Source: Ginglymostoma cirratum
Taxonomy: Eukaryota
Reading direction: 5' to 3'
DNA length: 64,000 nucleotides
NCBI GenBank assembly: GCA_024137785.1
Contig: JAHRHZ010000144.1
Span: 19,092,317-19,156,316, forward strand
Below, in pieces: positions 13,776 to 28,041 of this stretch. The position numbers were made by a program, and so were the translations under genes. The notes beneath the pieces were generated by a model. The model searched no databases. It saw only the letters and a program-made list of their open reading frames with translations, and was not told the origin of the DNA. The number at the start of each line of letters is the position of its first letter. Position 1 is the stretch's first letter.

Positions 13776-14399
13776 AAAAAAATTGTTATTGCTGCAAAGT
13801 ATGTTTTCATTAGTCACTATGGTAAATGCAGTTAGACATGAGAAGACAGTTTGAGATTAAACAGTAGAAACACAAATAGAGAACAGTAAAACTATAATTT
13901 GGCTCTTTAACACTGATGTATGCACTCAAAGTGGTGAAAATTAGAGACAACATTTCATTTTTAAGTGGCTATTACTTCAACATGACAATTTATGTGATTT
14001 TTATTCAACAATGTATTTTAAAAGAAAAAAAAAACTTTTATTTTGGCAAAATTGAAAAAGAAGGGTAACTGTGCTCTCAATGTTCCTGGAAACCAAAGCA
14101 TCTCTCTCACCTTGATGGGATGTGTCTGAGATTAGGAATGAAGCATGTGGAAAACAGACTGCAAACTCTTGTCTTACCACTAGATATTAAAGGATATAGC
14201 AGCAGGACTCATATTTTACTCTACTATAGAGAAAGGAGCTGGCTGTTTGTTGAGTGATTAGGCCTTTTTCCTAAATCTTAACTTTTAACATAGTACACAT
14301 GTTGGTGATAAAGCGAATATATAGAAGTCATCACAAGTAAGGGAATAATACATAGAAATACTTAAAATTGATTAAGGATGGCCATGATCTTTTAAGGTG

Positions 14400-15770
14400 T
14401 CAGCACATGAGAGTTGGGCATCATTGTGCTCCAAAGCAAACACATCTGCAGTGTCTGAAGTTCAAGATGATTTCAGGGTATGTGCTGGCAGCTGAATGAC
14501 AGACACTGCAATGTTTCAGGGAGGGAGAAAGTTATCTAAAGTCCTTGTACTGGGAAGTAGTCAAACCACTTCAGACAGGGTCTGATTTAGATAGTGCTCA
14601 GGGACAGGAGGATGTCCTGAAAAGAGACCAAAGTGTCAGCCTTTGTAATTGTCCAATAGGTCTGATGTTCTGTCATCCTGTTTGGCTAACAGCAGGGTGG
14701 ATGAACACACTGATCATGGCACATGATACAGGAAGGTGGTGGTGGTGGTGGGGGGGGGAGGGGGGTGGTGTGGGATAGTGAGCAACAAGAACTGAATTAG
14801 TAGGTGGTGATAGTATAGTGAGAGTGTAAATCCATTCTCTGCAGCAAATTACATAAGTGCAGACAGCTCAGTGCCAGAGTTTAGGATATCTGCTCAGGGT
14901 TGGATAGCAACTTGCAGGGCAAGGATTTATGGGCCATATAGGGATCAATGATATAGATGGAACCAGGAATGTGGCGCTGCACAGAGCTTGAGAAGGTCGG
15001 CATGGAATTTAAAAGCGGTACCTCATAAGATTATGATTTCTGGTTTGTTGCCTGAGTCGCATGCAAACCAGCATGGGATACATAAAATTATAGCGATAAA
15101 TAAACAGTTCAAAGATTGGTGTGGGAGAAGTGCACTCTGGTATCACTACTAGAGAAAACGGGGCTTGTACCATCAGTACAGTCTACAGGTGAAACGTGCC
15201 AGAGCCAGTGATATTGGGAAGCAGTGGAGGACCAAATGTGGAAAGGTGTGATTCAACAAAGAACTGAAATAAAGTCAGGAGGGAAAATAGAAATATGGGA
15301 AATGAAGGTTAGTAAAGAGCAGGAGGGGGTAGAAAGGCAAAAAAGACACTAGGAAGTCATGAGCAATAAATGTTGCAAAGATAACAAAAGGACAAAACTT
15401 AAGGCTCCGTATCTGAATGTGCATGGCATTCGTAAAGCAACTAAACTGACAGCACATTTGGAAATTAATAATTAGTATCTGATCGCTACCATACAGGCAC
15501 AGCTTCAACATGATAAGGATTGGGTCTTGAATATTGAGGGGTAAATGGCATTCAAGGAAAATAGGGAACTACGTGAAGGTGGAGGAGTAACAACGTAACT
15601 CAAGAATGAACTATGCAGTAATTAGAGATGACTTGGTTCAAGAGATCACAATGCAGAATCAATTTGACTGGATACGAAGAATAGTACGGAAAGGAAGTCA
15701 CTAGTTGGAGTGGTCTACAGGTGCTCGAAATGGTAACCACAAGGTGGGACAAAGTATACAAGAGGAAAGA
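14400..15770 (+). mobile_element. CR1 LINE 5' fragment (ORF1 remnant and ORF2 endonuclease start)
   Basis: HIGINDID-like motif; YLNVHGIR, WVLNIEG, GVVYR remnants. Confidence 0.55.
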
Positions 15771-15774
15771 CTAA

Positions 15775-15910
15775 AATGAAGCTAAGAACTGCAGATGCTG
15801 GAAATATGAAACTAAAATTGAAATGGGTGGAGAAACTCAGCAGATCTGGCAGCATTTGTAGAAAGAAAGCACAAGCAATATTTTGGGTCCACTGACCCAT
15901 GTTCAGACCT
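15775..15910 (-). mobile_element. Penelope-like terminal fragment
   Basis: agaactgcagatgctgg...aaactcagcagatctggcagcat, same family as 32341-32443. Confidence 0.6.
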
Positions 15911-18900
15911 CTAAGAGTTCTTTTTACACTTCATTCCCATCCATTTTCTTTTTTTTTGTAATATTTTCTTCCTCAGTGTTTTTCACAGGATCTTAAACTT
16001 CTGATAGCTGCAGCTTCTGATATTACTTGCATCCTTCACTCACGTGTACTTATTGTTCTTTAAAGTCAATCAATCCATTTACTCCCTGTTGCAGTTTCCC
16101 CTTTTATCATTGAGCTATTCTATTTTCTGCTAAAGTCCACTACTTGGATGCCAATTAGGATCAAACAGGAAAACCTCATGGGGTCACCAAAGGCCCAATT
16201 GTCATTCAGACATAGTGCAAGAGAGTTCCAATTTTCATTTTTACATTGGCTTTAACAGGTGCGTGTGCAGACACACCATAGACGGATGACAGGAGCAATC
16301 AAAGCAGGTTAGGAGCCCCTATACTCTACCTTTGAGGCAACTGATATTTAGATGGCACAATCCTACCAAACAGTAGGTGATAGAAGTAGGATATCAAGTA
16401 CGTACATGCAGTATGATGGTAGTTAAATAAGAGGAAGGTGCTGGTGTAAGTATGCAGCTACTCTTTTATTCCAAGAAAATCAATTGCAAGATCAGGGAGA
16501 GTTTATTTTCTTTTTTTTTGTAAAATGATGGTGAAACAGTTATTGATAGCTGGGTGAAAGTCTTTAGCACTGTCAAAGTTGTGGTCGTTTCCTTCACCTG
16601 TCTCTAAATATGCATATTGGCAAAAGTAGGACAGGTGACAATCTATAATGAAGATGGTCCTCATCACCAAGTGTAAAATTCCATAGCAGAAAGAGAAGCA
16701 ACTTTAAGTAGCTAATATTGATTTCTAGGCTACACAAGGTGGTCTCTTAAAAAGGACTGCACCTAAATGACAGCTCTGGAATCAGTAATGGTAGATTTTT
16801 CTATGAAAATTTTATCCCTATTGAAACTGCTGTTGTGAAAGGAGGTTTAAGTGTAGAGTTCTCAAATTCATTCCTATTAAATAAATATTGCTGAACACGA
16901 TTCAGGTGCAGGTATTGAAAAATCCACATAGCACTACTTACAAGTGTATTCTGTGAGAAAAAATTTGGAACAAAATACTTGCCCATCTTAAACTTCTGGA
17001 TCATATCATTTTTGGGAACTATTTTGAAATGAAACAGAGCTAGGAACAATATTCCTAAACATTTATGCATGTGTTTGATAGATCTCTGGTGTGCAATTAA
17101 AACGTCTCCCTTCTTGCTTATTTATCAGATGTCTTCCTGTGGATCATGCAGTCTACATCCTCTGTTTCAGTTCTGAAACTTGAGCCTTTCTTGCTTTTCC
17201 TTCAAACTTCCTTACACTGCCGATCCTGCTCATCCCTAATTCAAACTTCACCTTTGTTTCTCTCCTCTTCATACAGCATCATAGAATAGCTACAAAAAGG
17301 GAGGAGACCATTTGGCTCATTAAGTCTGCAGTTCGTCTTTTCTGAAGCTATTTAACTGTTCCCACTGCCCGTCCTTTTGCCCCGTAACTGGAATTATCTT
17401 AGTGCTTAAAGGTGCTTGCACAATTCCTGTGAAATCTCTGACTGAATTGACTTCCACTAATAAAGTCCAAATTATTTTTATTTTCCTTTTTCTCTTCACA
17501 GTGAATGAAATGCTGAACCTGAGTTCCAGTGATGAGCGCATTTAATAATGTTGAGTGAAGAGTGCAGAAGGGATTATAATACTGTGACCCTGCGATCTCC
17601 ATTTTTAACACTGAAGTGGATTCAGAATATGTACAATTTAGTTAGAGCTGGGACTTGCAACAGATCGCTGACCAATCCAAATCATACAACTACATGAATT
17701 CACAAAGAATGGGACAGGGACAAGAGGCATTATTTATGAATTATCAGTGGAATTAACTAGGGCCTGCTAGAACTTAACATTGCTGTAAGGTGATTAAGGT
17801 AAAAATTGAAGTTTCAAAAGAAAAATGTGCACAGTATCTGATGAAAGCAAAATGAATTATTCTGAAAGGAGAAAGAAGCCTTAGTATAACAAACAATGAA
17901 TGACACAAAAAATTAACAGACAGATGCAGCTGGCATTTACTTAATTCCTTTTAGTGACTAGTAAGTCTTCCACATTACTGCTCAATGGTAAATCAAAGCA
18001 TATGCAGCCTTGAACAATAAGGACATGATCAACAAATGGTGATGGCAACTGTATGATTAAGCATGACTATTAATAAATTCAGAACTCTCTATTGGTGCTG
18101 CCCATGCGGAGTTGGTGGGTACATTTTCAAACAACATTGGGTGTTTGTAGGTCATGGTAGGTCATCACGGATTAAGAAAAATCCTTTTCTAGTGGTACTT
18201 TGCAAATTAACAGCTTTTTATAAAAATCAGAAGTGATTCATTTCTTTCAGCACGTGTTCTTGCATCTGTATCTCGAATTTTAGCCTTTTACTATTTTGGA
18301 AACTGACAGGAATGATTTAGAATGAAGGCGCAATTAATAAAAATTATCCAAGGAACTTACACACACAAAGGAGGTTTCAAATACATGGAGGGACAGAGTA
18401 GGTCTTAGGAGTTTAGCGCTAAGTGGTGCTCGGGGAAACTCTAATTTACGGGAAGTAAGTTTCTGGAAAAGATCTTTAAAAACACTGAATCAAATGTTTT
18501 AAACAGGTTCAAGAGAAATAATTGAATTTTTATAACAAAGAGGAACCAAGTGATGCAATGTGCAAATCTGTAAGAAAAAAAAAAGTGCTTCCTAAAAGTT
18601 TTATATATTTAATGTTTACGTTACCATTTCTGGAAGAATTAATGAAGAAACTGGAAAGAACAATATAGACAATAAAACTATATAATTCGACAGTGTGTAA
18701 AACATTCATTTTGCATTCGTCATACTTAACACGATCATTAAATAGTTTGCATAATTTTAAAAACCAATGCATCTGATCTACTAAAAGTGAAATAATTCAC
18801 AATTATTTGTTCGTTGGTGGGTATGAGTAGACAGGATTATTTAAAAAATCCAGCTGTTATTGTTGCTGGAAGCAAATACTCATTCCCCAGCACTGGTTCT

Positions 18901-19214
18901 GTAAATATTGATTGCACAGTATATCTTTGTTACTATCTCTAAACTGTAACAATCAGAATGTGATTAGACATAGCTGCACTCAATGTGGACAACATAAAAT
19001 ACGTCAGCGCCTATCTGTTGTTTTCAAAAGTCAAATAAACAGCCCATAAATAACATCTCAAGGTATGAAATGATGCAAAGAAAAAGCATTATTTTTGACC
19101 AAAAAGACAAGCAAGCAATATTGCATATGTTTTCTTGTTAAGCATTTTATACAGTAATTACAGAATTTGTTTGTCAAATAAATTGCCAGTTTTAAAAGTA
19201 AGGAAGTGACTCAC

Positions 19215-19307
19215 GTTTCCAACCAGGGGAGAATAACGTACGTTGTCCAGCGAGCCACATTTTGGCTGAATATGGCTAAAATCAGGTTTTACATTTGCTA
19301 TATGTAC
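19215..19307 (-). CDS. MAP2: MAP2 alternative repeat-2 exon (93 bp, VHIANVKPDFSHIQPKCGSLDNVRYSPLVGN; 4R/MAP2d-type)
   Basis: atttccag|GTACAT...GGAAAC|gtgagt; 31 codons, phase 0-0, KCGS motif. Confidence 0.9.
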
Positions 19308-19908
19308 CTGGAAATGATAGGCACTTTACCAATCAATATCTACACACTAGTCATTCAGTGAGAAGATGCCCACTGTATATAATATTAGATACATATTGTT
19401 AAACATTTTATTATAAAAATGAATTTGATTTCCAATTTTTTATTAAATGCTTTAATCTCAATTGGGCTAAGAAAATATTCGACTACATTAAAAGCCACTA
19501 GCGCTTGGCAAGTGGCTTCGAGTGATTATTTCTGCAGTTCAAACACAAACTTTTGTTGGAGAAAATCATTTCAAGAATGTGAAATTACCATTGCTCAAAG
19601 TGTTGAGTTAAAATTTCAATTTAAAGATCATTACATATAAAATTAATGTGTTCACATTTATAATGCAATGAATTGTCTAACAAATGACATTCTAAACCAA
19701 CAGCACAGGTTTTAAAAATTATCACACCTTGCTTTTAAACGTACATTTACGCAAGTAATTGGTTTTAGCCATGAAACCTACATAAACAGCTTGTTCAATG
19801 ATGTTGTAAAAATCAAATTAAATAAAAAGAAAATGCAGCATAAAAAGCTTCATGTGCGAATATAAGACAGCAATTAAGCTATCAAATTGATACACATAAA
19901 CATGCGTG

Positions 19909-19911
<3 letters not shown>

Positions 19912-19980
<69 letters not shown>
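19912..19980. repeat. (CA)n microsatellite, about 34 units
   Basis: Perfect dinucleotide run. Confidence 0.98.
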
Positions 19981-19982
<2 letters not shown>

Positions 19983-20659
19983 TGTGTCCATAAGCCACCA
20001 AGACGTAACTGACCTCAGGGCATAACGTTTCAGTTTGCTGTGACAAATTAGAATCTAAAAGCTGACAGGTTTACAAATAATTCCTTTGTGCTTTGGAACT
20101 CTAATACAACAGTTGATTAGATTAGGGCACAGACACTGATTTTACAACGCAACATAACTTTCTACCTTCCTGCTCATTGTTGTCCAGTAATTGATCCAAC
20201 AGAAGATTTGGGCGAGAAATCATAGCTCACCATTTTTCTCATCCTACCTCATAGCAGCAACCTAAAATAATTGACAGATACACCTTCCAAGGGAAGCTGA
20301 AGTTACACAGTACCAAATTTTAAAATACAATGATTTCATTAGTTTGATTTTTCTTTGCTTCTTTACAAATTTACAAGCTGGCATAATTGAGTGGAGCTGG
20401 AAGGTTATCTCTCACTGCAGGAACTATTTGGTTAACCTAATGAAAATCGTCATAATCTACCAATAAAAAGTTCATCCTATTATACATTATGTCATATTGA
20501 CAAGTATAAATATAAGCAATCATCCACGCTACACAATGTCCATTTAACGTTCTCTTACAGGATTCACTTTTCTTAGGGACCAGTTACTTCCAAGATTATC
20601 AATTGTAACAAGCTAATTTGTGGAGTAACTGATTTAAGATTTAAATACATAATATATTG

Positions 20660-21410
20660 AGGATGTTGAGAATCTGCAATAAAGCAGAAAATGTTGGAAA
20701 TACTCTGCAACACCAAAGCATCTGCAGAGAGAGAAGCAGAGTTAACATATTAGCTTTGTAACCTTTCATCAAGCCCTGAGAAAGTCAGAATTATATTAGG
20801 TTTTGAGCAAATGTAAGGTGGGGGTTGAGACAGGGTGCTTGAGACGAATCCAAAAGGAATGAGGTGACTACAAGTCCAGGGTCACACTTGCCATCTGAAT
20901 TCTCCAACTTACTTCCCACCTAACATTTCAGCCCTCAGCCTCCTGCAGTGCTCTCACGAAGCAGCACCAATCTTTTGACTGGGCACTTGACAATATTTTT
21001 GACTTGTAAGAAAATTTGGAGTGCAGTAATTTTAGATTGTAACCTCCATCTCTATCTGACTTTGCTTCTCCTTGCTCTTTTCGGATATTTTTCTCTCACT
21101 TCTCATTTCTTTTCCTTTGCTTTGCTTCCAGACATTAGGCAATCATGGTCTTGCCATTCACGTCTCCTCTAAACATTTTGTTTCTTTACTTTGTCCTATT
21201 ATTACTCCCTATGGGTTTTCACTGTAAAACCAGCTATTTAATCTCTCCCGCCTTCCACCCCATCAAAGCCCTTCCATTTTGCCCACCCTCCCTTTTCACT
21301 TGCTTGAAACCCATTACATTGACTATGCCACTAAATGGCTAAAGGACCTGAAAAATGGCTAAAGGACAGATGCTGAAAAATCGATTGACTATTTACAGCA
21401 CTCAGTGTTC
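20660..21410. mobile_element. Old Penelope-like fragment with inverted ends
   Basis: aagcagaaaatgttggaaatactc...gagttaacat start, pyrimidine-rich body, cagatgctga near the end. Confidence 0.45.
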
Positions 21411-22039
21411 ATTTTAAATCCCTTGCCCATAAAATAGGTTGCTCGTACTCGAATATGTTAAGTTTTAAACATTTGCAAAAAATTTCAAAACTATAAAATC
21501 CAGTACAGTCTTTTCTAATTTGACTCAAAAAGTTTCTGAGTACCTTTTCTTTCCTCACAGTTAAAAGTTTGCGCTTAAGTACTTACAGCATCATTCCCAA
21601 ACATTTATACTTTTTGTGTTTGATTATTGCAGGCTCATGGCATTCATACAACTTCCTCTAAAAGTGACCAACTTGTGATAATTATTACAATCCCATAATA
21701 GTCTTCATCAAGTTCCACAGAAATTAAAAGACTTGGTTTCCAACAGATTTTTAAAGGGGCTCATTCGTAGATCACAGTCTCCTCTTTGGCATGTCAGAGA
21801 AAGTAGACGTCATACAGTCAATATACTTAATAGACAAATTTTAATTACATTGATGATAAAATTAACAATTGCTCAATTTTCCTTCCTTCGCAGTGGATTT
21901 TAAGACAAGTGAAGAACAAATATGTACAGGGTCTATTGATTACACAGTGTAGATGCCAACTTGAAGGTCGTCATAACAGGTGTAATCGGACTATTGCTAA
22001 GAAAATAAATCGTTCTTCTTATTGCCTCAGGCAGCAGGA

Positions 22040-24560
22040 CATGGGATTTAGGAACAGGATTAGGCCATTCATCCTTTTGAGTCTGCTTCACTATTCCACA
22101 TGATCGTGACTGATCTTAGCGGTAGTCTTGACCCCACTTTTCCATCTGCCCCATCACTACCCATATAGCCATTCACTTTCTATCTATCAAAAATATTGCA
22201 TTTTGCTTTAAACAAACAGCCTCCATTATCTTGTGGGAAGGGATTTCTACAAAGCCACAAACCACTGAAAGAAACCAAGATTCTCCTCACCTTCACCACA
22301 AAAGGGAATCCTCTTATAGGCAGTCCCAGGGTAATGAAGAGATTCAGTTCTGGAATCAGCTTACAAGACGATTTGTATGCAAGTTGGAACACAATGCAGG
22401 ACAATAAAAGCCACTCGTTAAATGATCATATGTCGTATATTTAAAATTACACCCGAGATTGTGTTTGTAAATATACTCATTTGTAAATTGGATGTTCATA
22501 AATCAGGGATCCCTGTACCCTTAAACAGTGTCCTATAGATCAAGTTAGTTTCACAAGAGGAAATATCCTTCCTGTATCTGCCCTATCAAGCACCCTCAGA
22601 ACCTTGTGTGTTTTAATTAGATCACTTCCAGTCAAACAAAATCTCTTAATTCCAAGTCAAATTCTAGTCATTCTCAAACTCACTCTTAGCAAGTGTTAAC
22701 AGATCAAAGATATGTGGGTGCAGAGACTGGGGAACAGAAGACAGTTTCAGGCCAGGTGGTCTGTTTTCATGCCAGTTTGAATGTCAAGTAATTTTCTATG
22801 ATGTGAAATAACAAGGAGATAAATTTTACTGCATCTGTAGGAGAAATAGCACTTGACTGAAGTTGTAAAATGAAAATTGTTTTAGATAAACCAGTTTAGA
22901 TTTTTTTGAGTTTGTAACCAAGAGGGCAGCTACATGGCAACCAGTTACTGTAGCATGTGTGGATTTCCAAAAAGCAGTTAATTAGAATGCAAGACTTTAT
23001 GACAAAAAATTAGAACTCATTCGATGGGTTAAGGATTGATTCAAGGTCTCAAAAGAGAATGGGGAAAAAAAAGGATCATTTTCAAGTTAGTTGGATACCT
23101 TCAGAATCAATGCTGGAGCCTTGTCTGTGATTATAATCAACGATTTAAATGGGGTGACTAAGTGTCATGTATCCAAGTCTGTTGATGACACAAAGATAGT
23201 TGGAAATGCAAGCTGTGAGGAGAACACAAGGAAACTACAAAGGAATACATTGTATTATGATTATAATTATAATATTATATATTATAATATTATAATTCAA
23301 GTATTATGATTTTTTTTAAAAAGCAACAAATGCTTCCCACTGAATACATTCAAGTCATAGATTCATAGCTGATGTGATAATATGGGAATGAAATGACAGG
23401 GGAATAACGGGGAAGTGAACAGCTGAGACTGATTAAGCATAATCTTGATTATACTGAATGGCAGAGCAGGCTCAAAAAGCTGGATGGTTTACTCCTGTTC
23501 CAAATGTATGTCCTTAGGAAATCCAGCTGCCACAGTTTAGCTCACTCGCTTAATCTATCAACGTCTTCGCAATTTAATGTTCACATCTAAACTACAACTT
23601 CAGTGCCATCAATAAATTTAGATACATATGCTTTAATGAGTTATCTAGGTCATTAATAGATGTAGTGAATAGCTGAGTCTCCAACAGAGATTCTGTGGAA
23701 TGCCACTAGCCACTTCTTCCATTTTGACTAACATATCTATCATTTTATTTTATTCTGCTCTCTATTTTATTCTGTCTAGCCAATCTCCTCACCAGATCAA
23801 TCATTTGTCTTCAATTCCATGAACTTTAATTCTGACTAACATTTGCTAATGCCAAAGTTTTATCAGGAAGTTTATATGAACTACATTCATAGACATTATA
23901 ATTTCATACTACTTTAGTTATTTCCTCAATAAATCACTCAAATCACAAAATATGTTGGTTCTAATACTGATCACTAAATCCTCAATAAACCCACTCCTTA
24001 GAACAAGTATTCTCCCTCTCTAACAACTCAACCTTGATAACCGGGCTTGTAAGCTACAGCTTGAATAAATGCTTTGAGCTACCTCAATGTAGCTGTAAGG
24101 TTTGCAAGGGCTTACAGTAACCTAGTGCTAGAAAGGCAAAGTGGTGGCTTGTAGCAATTAGTGTTATATAACCTTGATACACGGTAATGTTGGTTCTTCC
24201 TCGTATTGTCAGTCTTTGGAACATGGTGAAACTTTTCCCATATGATTCCAGTTCTTGCAAGACAAGGTACGGCTAGGATTTCTTTCCAGAAGTGATTATC
24301 TTCTGGAGATGGTACTCTGGAGTGACAACCACCTCTTGCTCCTATCTCAAAAGCCAGATATTCTACTCCAACAGTAAAACAAAACATTGGGAACTTTATA
24401 TTTCTGCCACTCAGCCCCTGTTGTGCCTCAATATAGCTTGAACTTAAAGGTTATCCACTACTTCTTTACTCCTTTTGTCCATACAGATTTTAAAAAAGGA
24501 AATAAATACTTAGAAGCTATTTTGATTCCTTGTAAGGCTCCAGAATATTCATTCTCTCTA
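22040..24560. mobile_element. Cluster of decayed CR1 LINE fragments in both orientations
   Basis: Plus-strand RT remnants (VDFQKA, NDLN..SKSVDDTK) and minus-strand CR1 tails. Confidence 0.55.
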
Positions 24561-25121
24561 TGCAGTTAGTTGTCTTTCATTCCATGCTGGTTACGTGTCA
24601 CAAAATATATTGGTTCTAATACTGATTGACTGCACAGCCTCTTTGTGTCGCTCACTTAAGAGATAAGCGACAATTGTAAACCGATGCATAACAACACTGG
24701 ACTGAGCTAGAGCAAGTTGTGAGGCCTCATTGTAAAATTTATTGTGAAGTTTTAAAGGTATAAATTTAATTCCAGAATTCACAATTCAGTTAAAGCTCCT
24801 TGTTCTTCTTGAACAAATGCTGATTGCAACCTCAACACTCAATATTTCTTCAGCAAAAGACTTGCGACAACTGGTTATGTTGCCCCTTTAAATTAGACAC
24901 TGCAAGTTTTATTACCAGACTCTTCTATTACCAGATATATAACTTTGCATCCAGCACTAGTATTATAACGGACAATCATCTAAAATTAGGATACAATTTT
25001 CAAGAAAAAAAATGTCATGCTGTCAATTTAAAGTTGTATTTGTTTTCCGAATCAATCTTTGGATTTTAAGGATTTCTATCAAATCTCTCATTTTTATGGA
25101 AGTGGTATTCACATCACATAC

Positions 25122-25450
25122 CTGGCCTCCTCTTGGTTGATGCTTTAGGTTGTCAATTGATCCAATCTTGGATTTGATATTTTTCAGATCTGGCATTGGT
25201 TGGTTGATCACTCGGAGTTGCTTTGGAGTAAGGGGAGATTTTGGAGGAGTGCGGATAATTGCCACTTTCCGTTCTGTGGGCACAAGGATGGGAGATTTGT
25301 GTGTACCAGGAGTGCCAGGAGTGCGGGGAGTCCTGCTGCCTGGTGTACGGGAATAGCTGGGTGGTGTGCCAGGTGTGACTGCAGTTGATCCAGGAGTGGA
25401 GGGTGTCGCAGTACCACTTCTTGCTGACCTGGTGCGAGTTGGTTCAGACC
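25122..25450 (-). CDS. MAP2: MAP2 proline-rich region plus microtubule-binding repeat 1 (329 bp)
   Basis: tttaaag|GGTCTG...GGCCAG|gtatgt; [45 protein letters not shown]. Confidence 0.97.
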
Positions 25451-26841
25451 CTTTAAATACATATACATAAAGCATATATATTTATACATAAAGAAATAGC
25501 TGAGCCTTTATACATATCTCAATACACAAATATTAATCCAGCATATATGAAATATAGAAAGGATAACATATTAATACATATAGTGCAACACAATTTATTT
25601 TGGAACAGTGACCAACCATTCAAAGAAGCATTTTATACCTCTAATACATAGCCTGACATCATAAAAAATAATGGAAAAACCATATTCTCAAGACTGTCTT
25701 TGGACATTCATTATTGGTCTATAAGATATTTACTTATTAAATTATGAAAAGGTCACTTCAAGTCTGTTCACCCTTGTGCAGATTTGAACTTTTATTATAC
25801 ATCTAGTCATGGTTCTGAATGTTTCACTTAAGTTATATCAAGTGTGTCATGCATGAAATAGTTGATAAATTTTACAAAGAGTTCAGTAGGCACGAAGCCA
25901 CTATTGACTAGGCTACCTGCACTAGTATGTGCTCGCGATCTGGTCACTCCTTGGCCCTTTTGATCGTTTCTAGGTTCAGTCCTTATAGCTATAATGGGGC
26001 AGAGGTGAAACACAGAGAATGGATAAGGACATTTGAGGCAAGTTAAGAGGAACAAAAAAAAACTGACTTTCAAAATATTTTAATAATGATTTTTATGCTT
26101 GCAATATAAGTAGCATGTGCTATTTGCCATTAATTTTACCACTTAAGTAATAAATAATCAAAAAACTGCTAAAATATAACTATAACTGCTTTGTTGGTTA
26201 ATCCAACTTAACCATCAATTAAGTTTTTGGAATTAGTGCCATAGTTTAAATAATTAATTGGAGAGATAAGTTAAATTTTAATACACAGCAATAGAAGCAT
26301 ATTGAATCAGCTCTGTAAAACGTATTAATTGCCATTTTGACCCTAATGAAATAGATACCTTCAATATCAATTAACTGTAAATTAGAGAAAGTCAAATTAA
26401 TGTGCTTTGGTCCTGTGGTACTACTTTGTCCTCCTTGAGCTATGAAAATCCAAATATTTAAGCAACCTTCAATAAATATGAATATTTTATACATATGTAT
26501 TTGTTGCCATGGCTCGATTTGAATTAAACATATTTAAAGATGCTCTGGGGGCACAGAGAGTGAAACATTACATTTGCGATGTTTCTTAGATCATGCAAAT
26601 AAATATCACTGTTCGCTGTTTTCCTTTGCGCTAATTATCTACATTGAGTTGTGTCGAAAATAGATATTTTTCTTGTTCAGACTCTCAATCTTGTTGATCT
26701 AGGTCTAAAGTGTGCATGCAGAAAAAGCAGTAAACTGTTATGGTTTTCCTCCAGAACACTTAATATTTTGTGCATTGAAAACACTACTGCAGGGCACATT
26801 GTAATCTTAAGGATAATTAAGAAAAGACGACAAAAACTAAC

Positions 26842-26989
26842 TTGTTGGTCGTTTCGGTGCCGGATAAACTGGGCTTGTAGCAGGAATAAAATGTGCATCT
26901 TTTTCTTCAGGTGGAGCCCGGCGGGTGGATAGAATTGAAGAAGGTCGGGGTAGGGCAGAGCGCTTCTCTGGACTCCTCATTGCAGCATC
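26842..26989 (-). CDS. MAP2: MAP2 exon (148 bp, DAAMRSPEKRSALPRPSSILSTRR...; exon 14 equivalent), with a candidate upstream acceptor at 27056
   Basis: ctctctgcag|GATGCT...CCAACAA|gttagt, phase 0-1; SPEKRSxLPRPSSIL motif. Confidence 0.93.
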
Positions 26990-28041
26990 CTGCAGAGAGC
27001 AAACTGTGTTATTACCATCTAAATCCTGTGTATGTGCTTCTTTCCAGAGCAGTGACCTGAAAAAGGGAAAAAAATTCCATGCATTTGCAAGTCAATTGTA
27101 GAATTATTCAACTGAAGAAAAATTGCCTATTCAAGTTATTCTCCGAGAATAAATTATTCCTCAAATTGCACATTCTCCTTCAAACCTCGCATGTAATATA
27201 TTGAGATTTCAAGATGTTATCAGCCCTCTCAGTTCCAGCTAGTTCAAAACACACTAAGGAGGAACTAGTGAATTCCACAGTAGTGAATTTCTGAAAGTTT
27301 GCATATTCACAAGGATCTGAATCAAAGAAAGTAAGAGGAACAGACTTCTGTTTAGTGCCATGCAGTGCTATCAGGATTCTTAAATAATTTTGCAGATAGT
27401 TTCCTGTTAGTTCAGCAGAGATTACAGATATTCATATCATATACATATGGCAACTTATTTTACTGTAGTTCTTGAAACACGTTGAATCTTCCACTTTAAA
27501 CAAAACGCCTTCAGCAAAATTTCAACAAAATTAAAACCATTAAGATATTTAAAATATTAAAATATTAAAAATGTGTATATTTTAAAAGAAAAAAAAACCT
27601 ATTTTCGACCAAGAATCATTATTAATCAGTTTATTGATGTAATCAACACAAATTCAGATCTCTCTGCCCTCTTCCTTGTTCAGAGATTTGCAAATAACAT
27701 ATTTTCAAGCAACTGCTACTACAGGCTACTGATTGTTTTACCAAAATATCTTTTGAAAAATCTGCTGTAAAGTATCCCTAGTTTCAGAATAACATTGAAA
27801 ACCTCATGGTGCAGAAGGGGCTATTTGGCCTGGCATGCATAAGACAACTGAAAGAGTTATTTGGCATAATCTTATCTTCCAGCTTGATCTAGAGCCACAC
27901 AGGTTATACCAACTTCATTGCATAGTCAAGTTAAAAAATATGAGGTTTTCTGCCTTTGCCACCCTTTCAGGCAGTGGGTTTCAGATTCGCACCACTCTTT
28001 GGAGTGGAATAAAGGATCACAACACATCTAACTCTTCCACC

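Noticed and set aside
14734-14775. G-rich runs here, at 35160-35215 and at 59562-59596 (G-quadruplex potential)
   Set aside because: Low-complexity runs inside or beside decayed repeats, with no sign of function.
10577-25121. Search for a fifth microtubule-binding repeat exon
   Set aside because: No further KxGS-containing exon with valid splice sites seen apart from 19215-19307.
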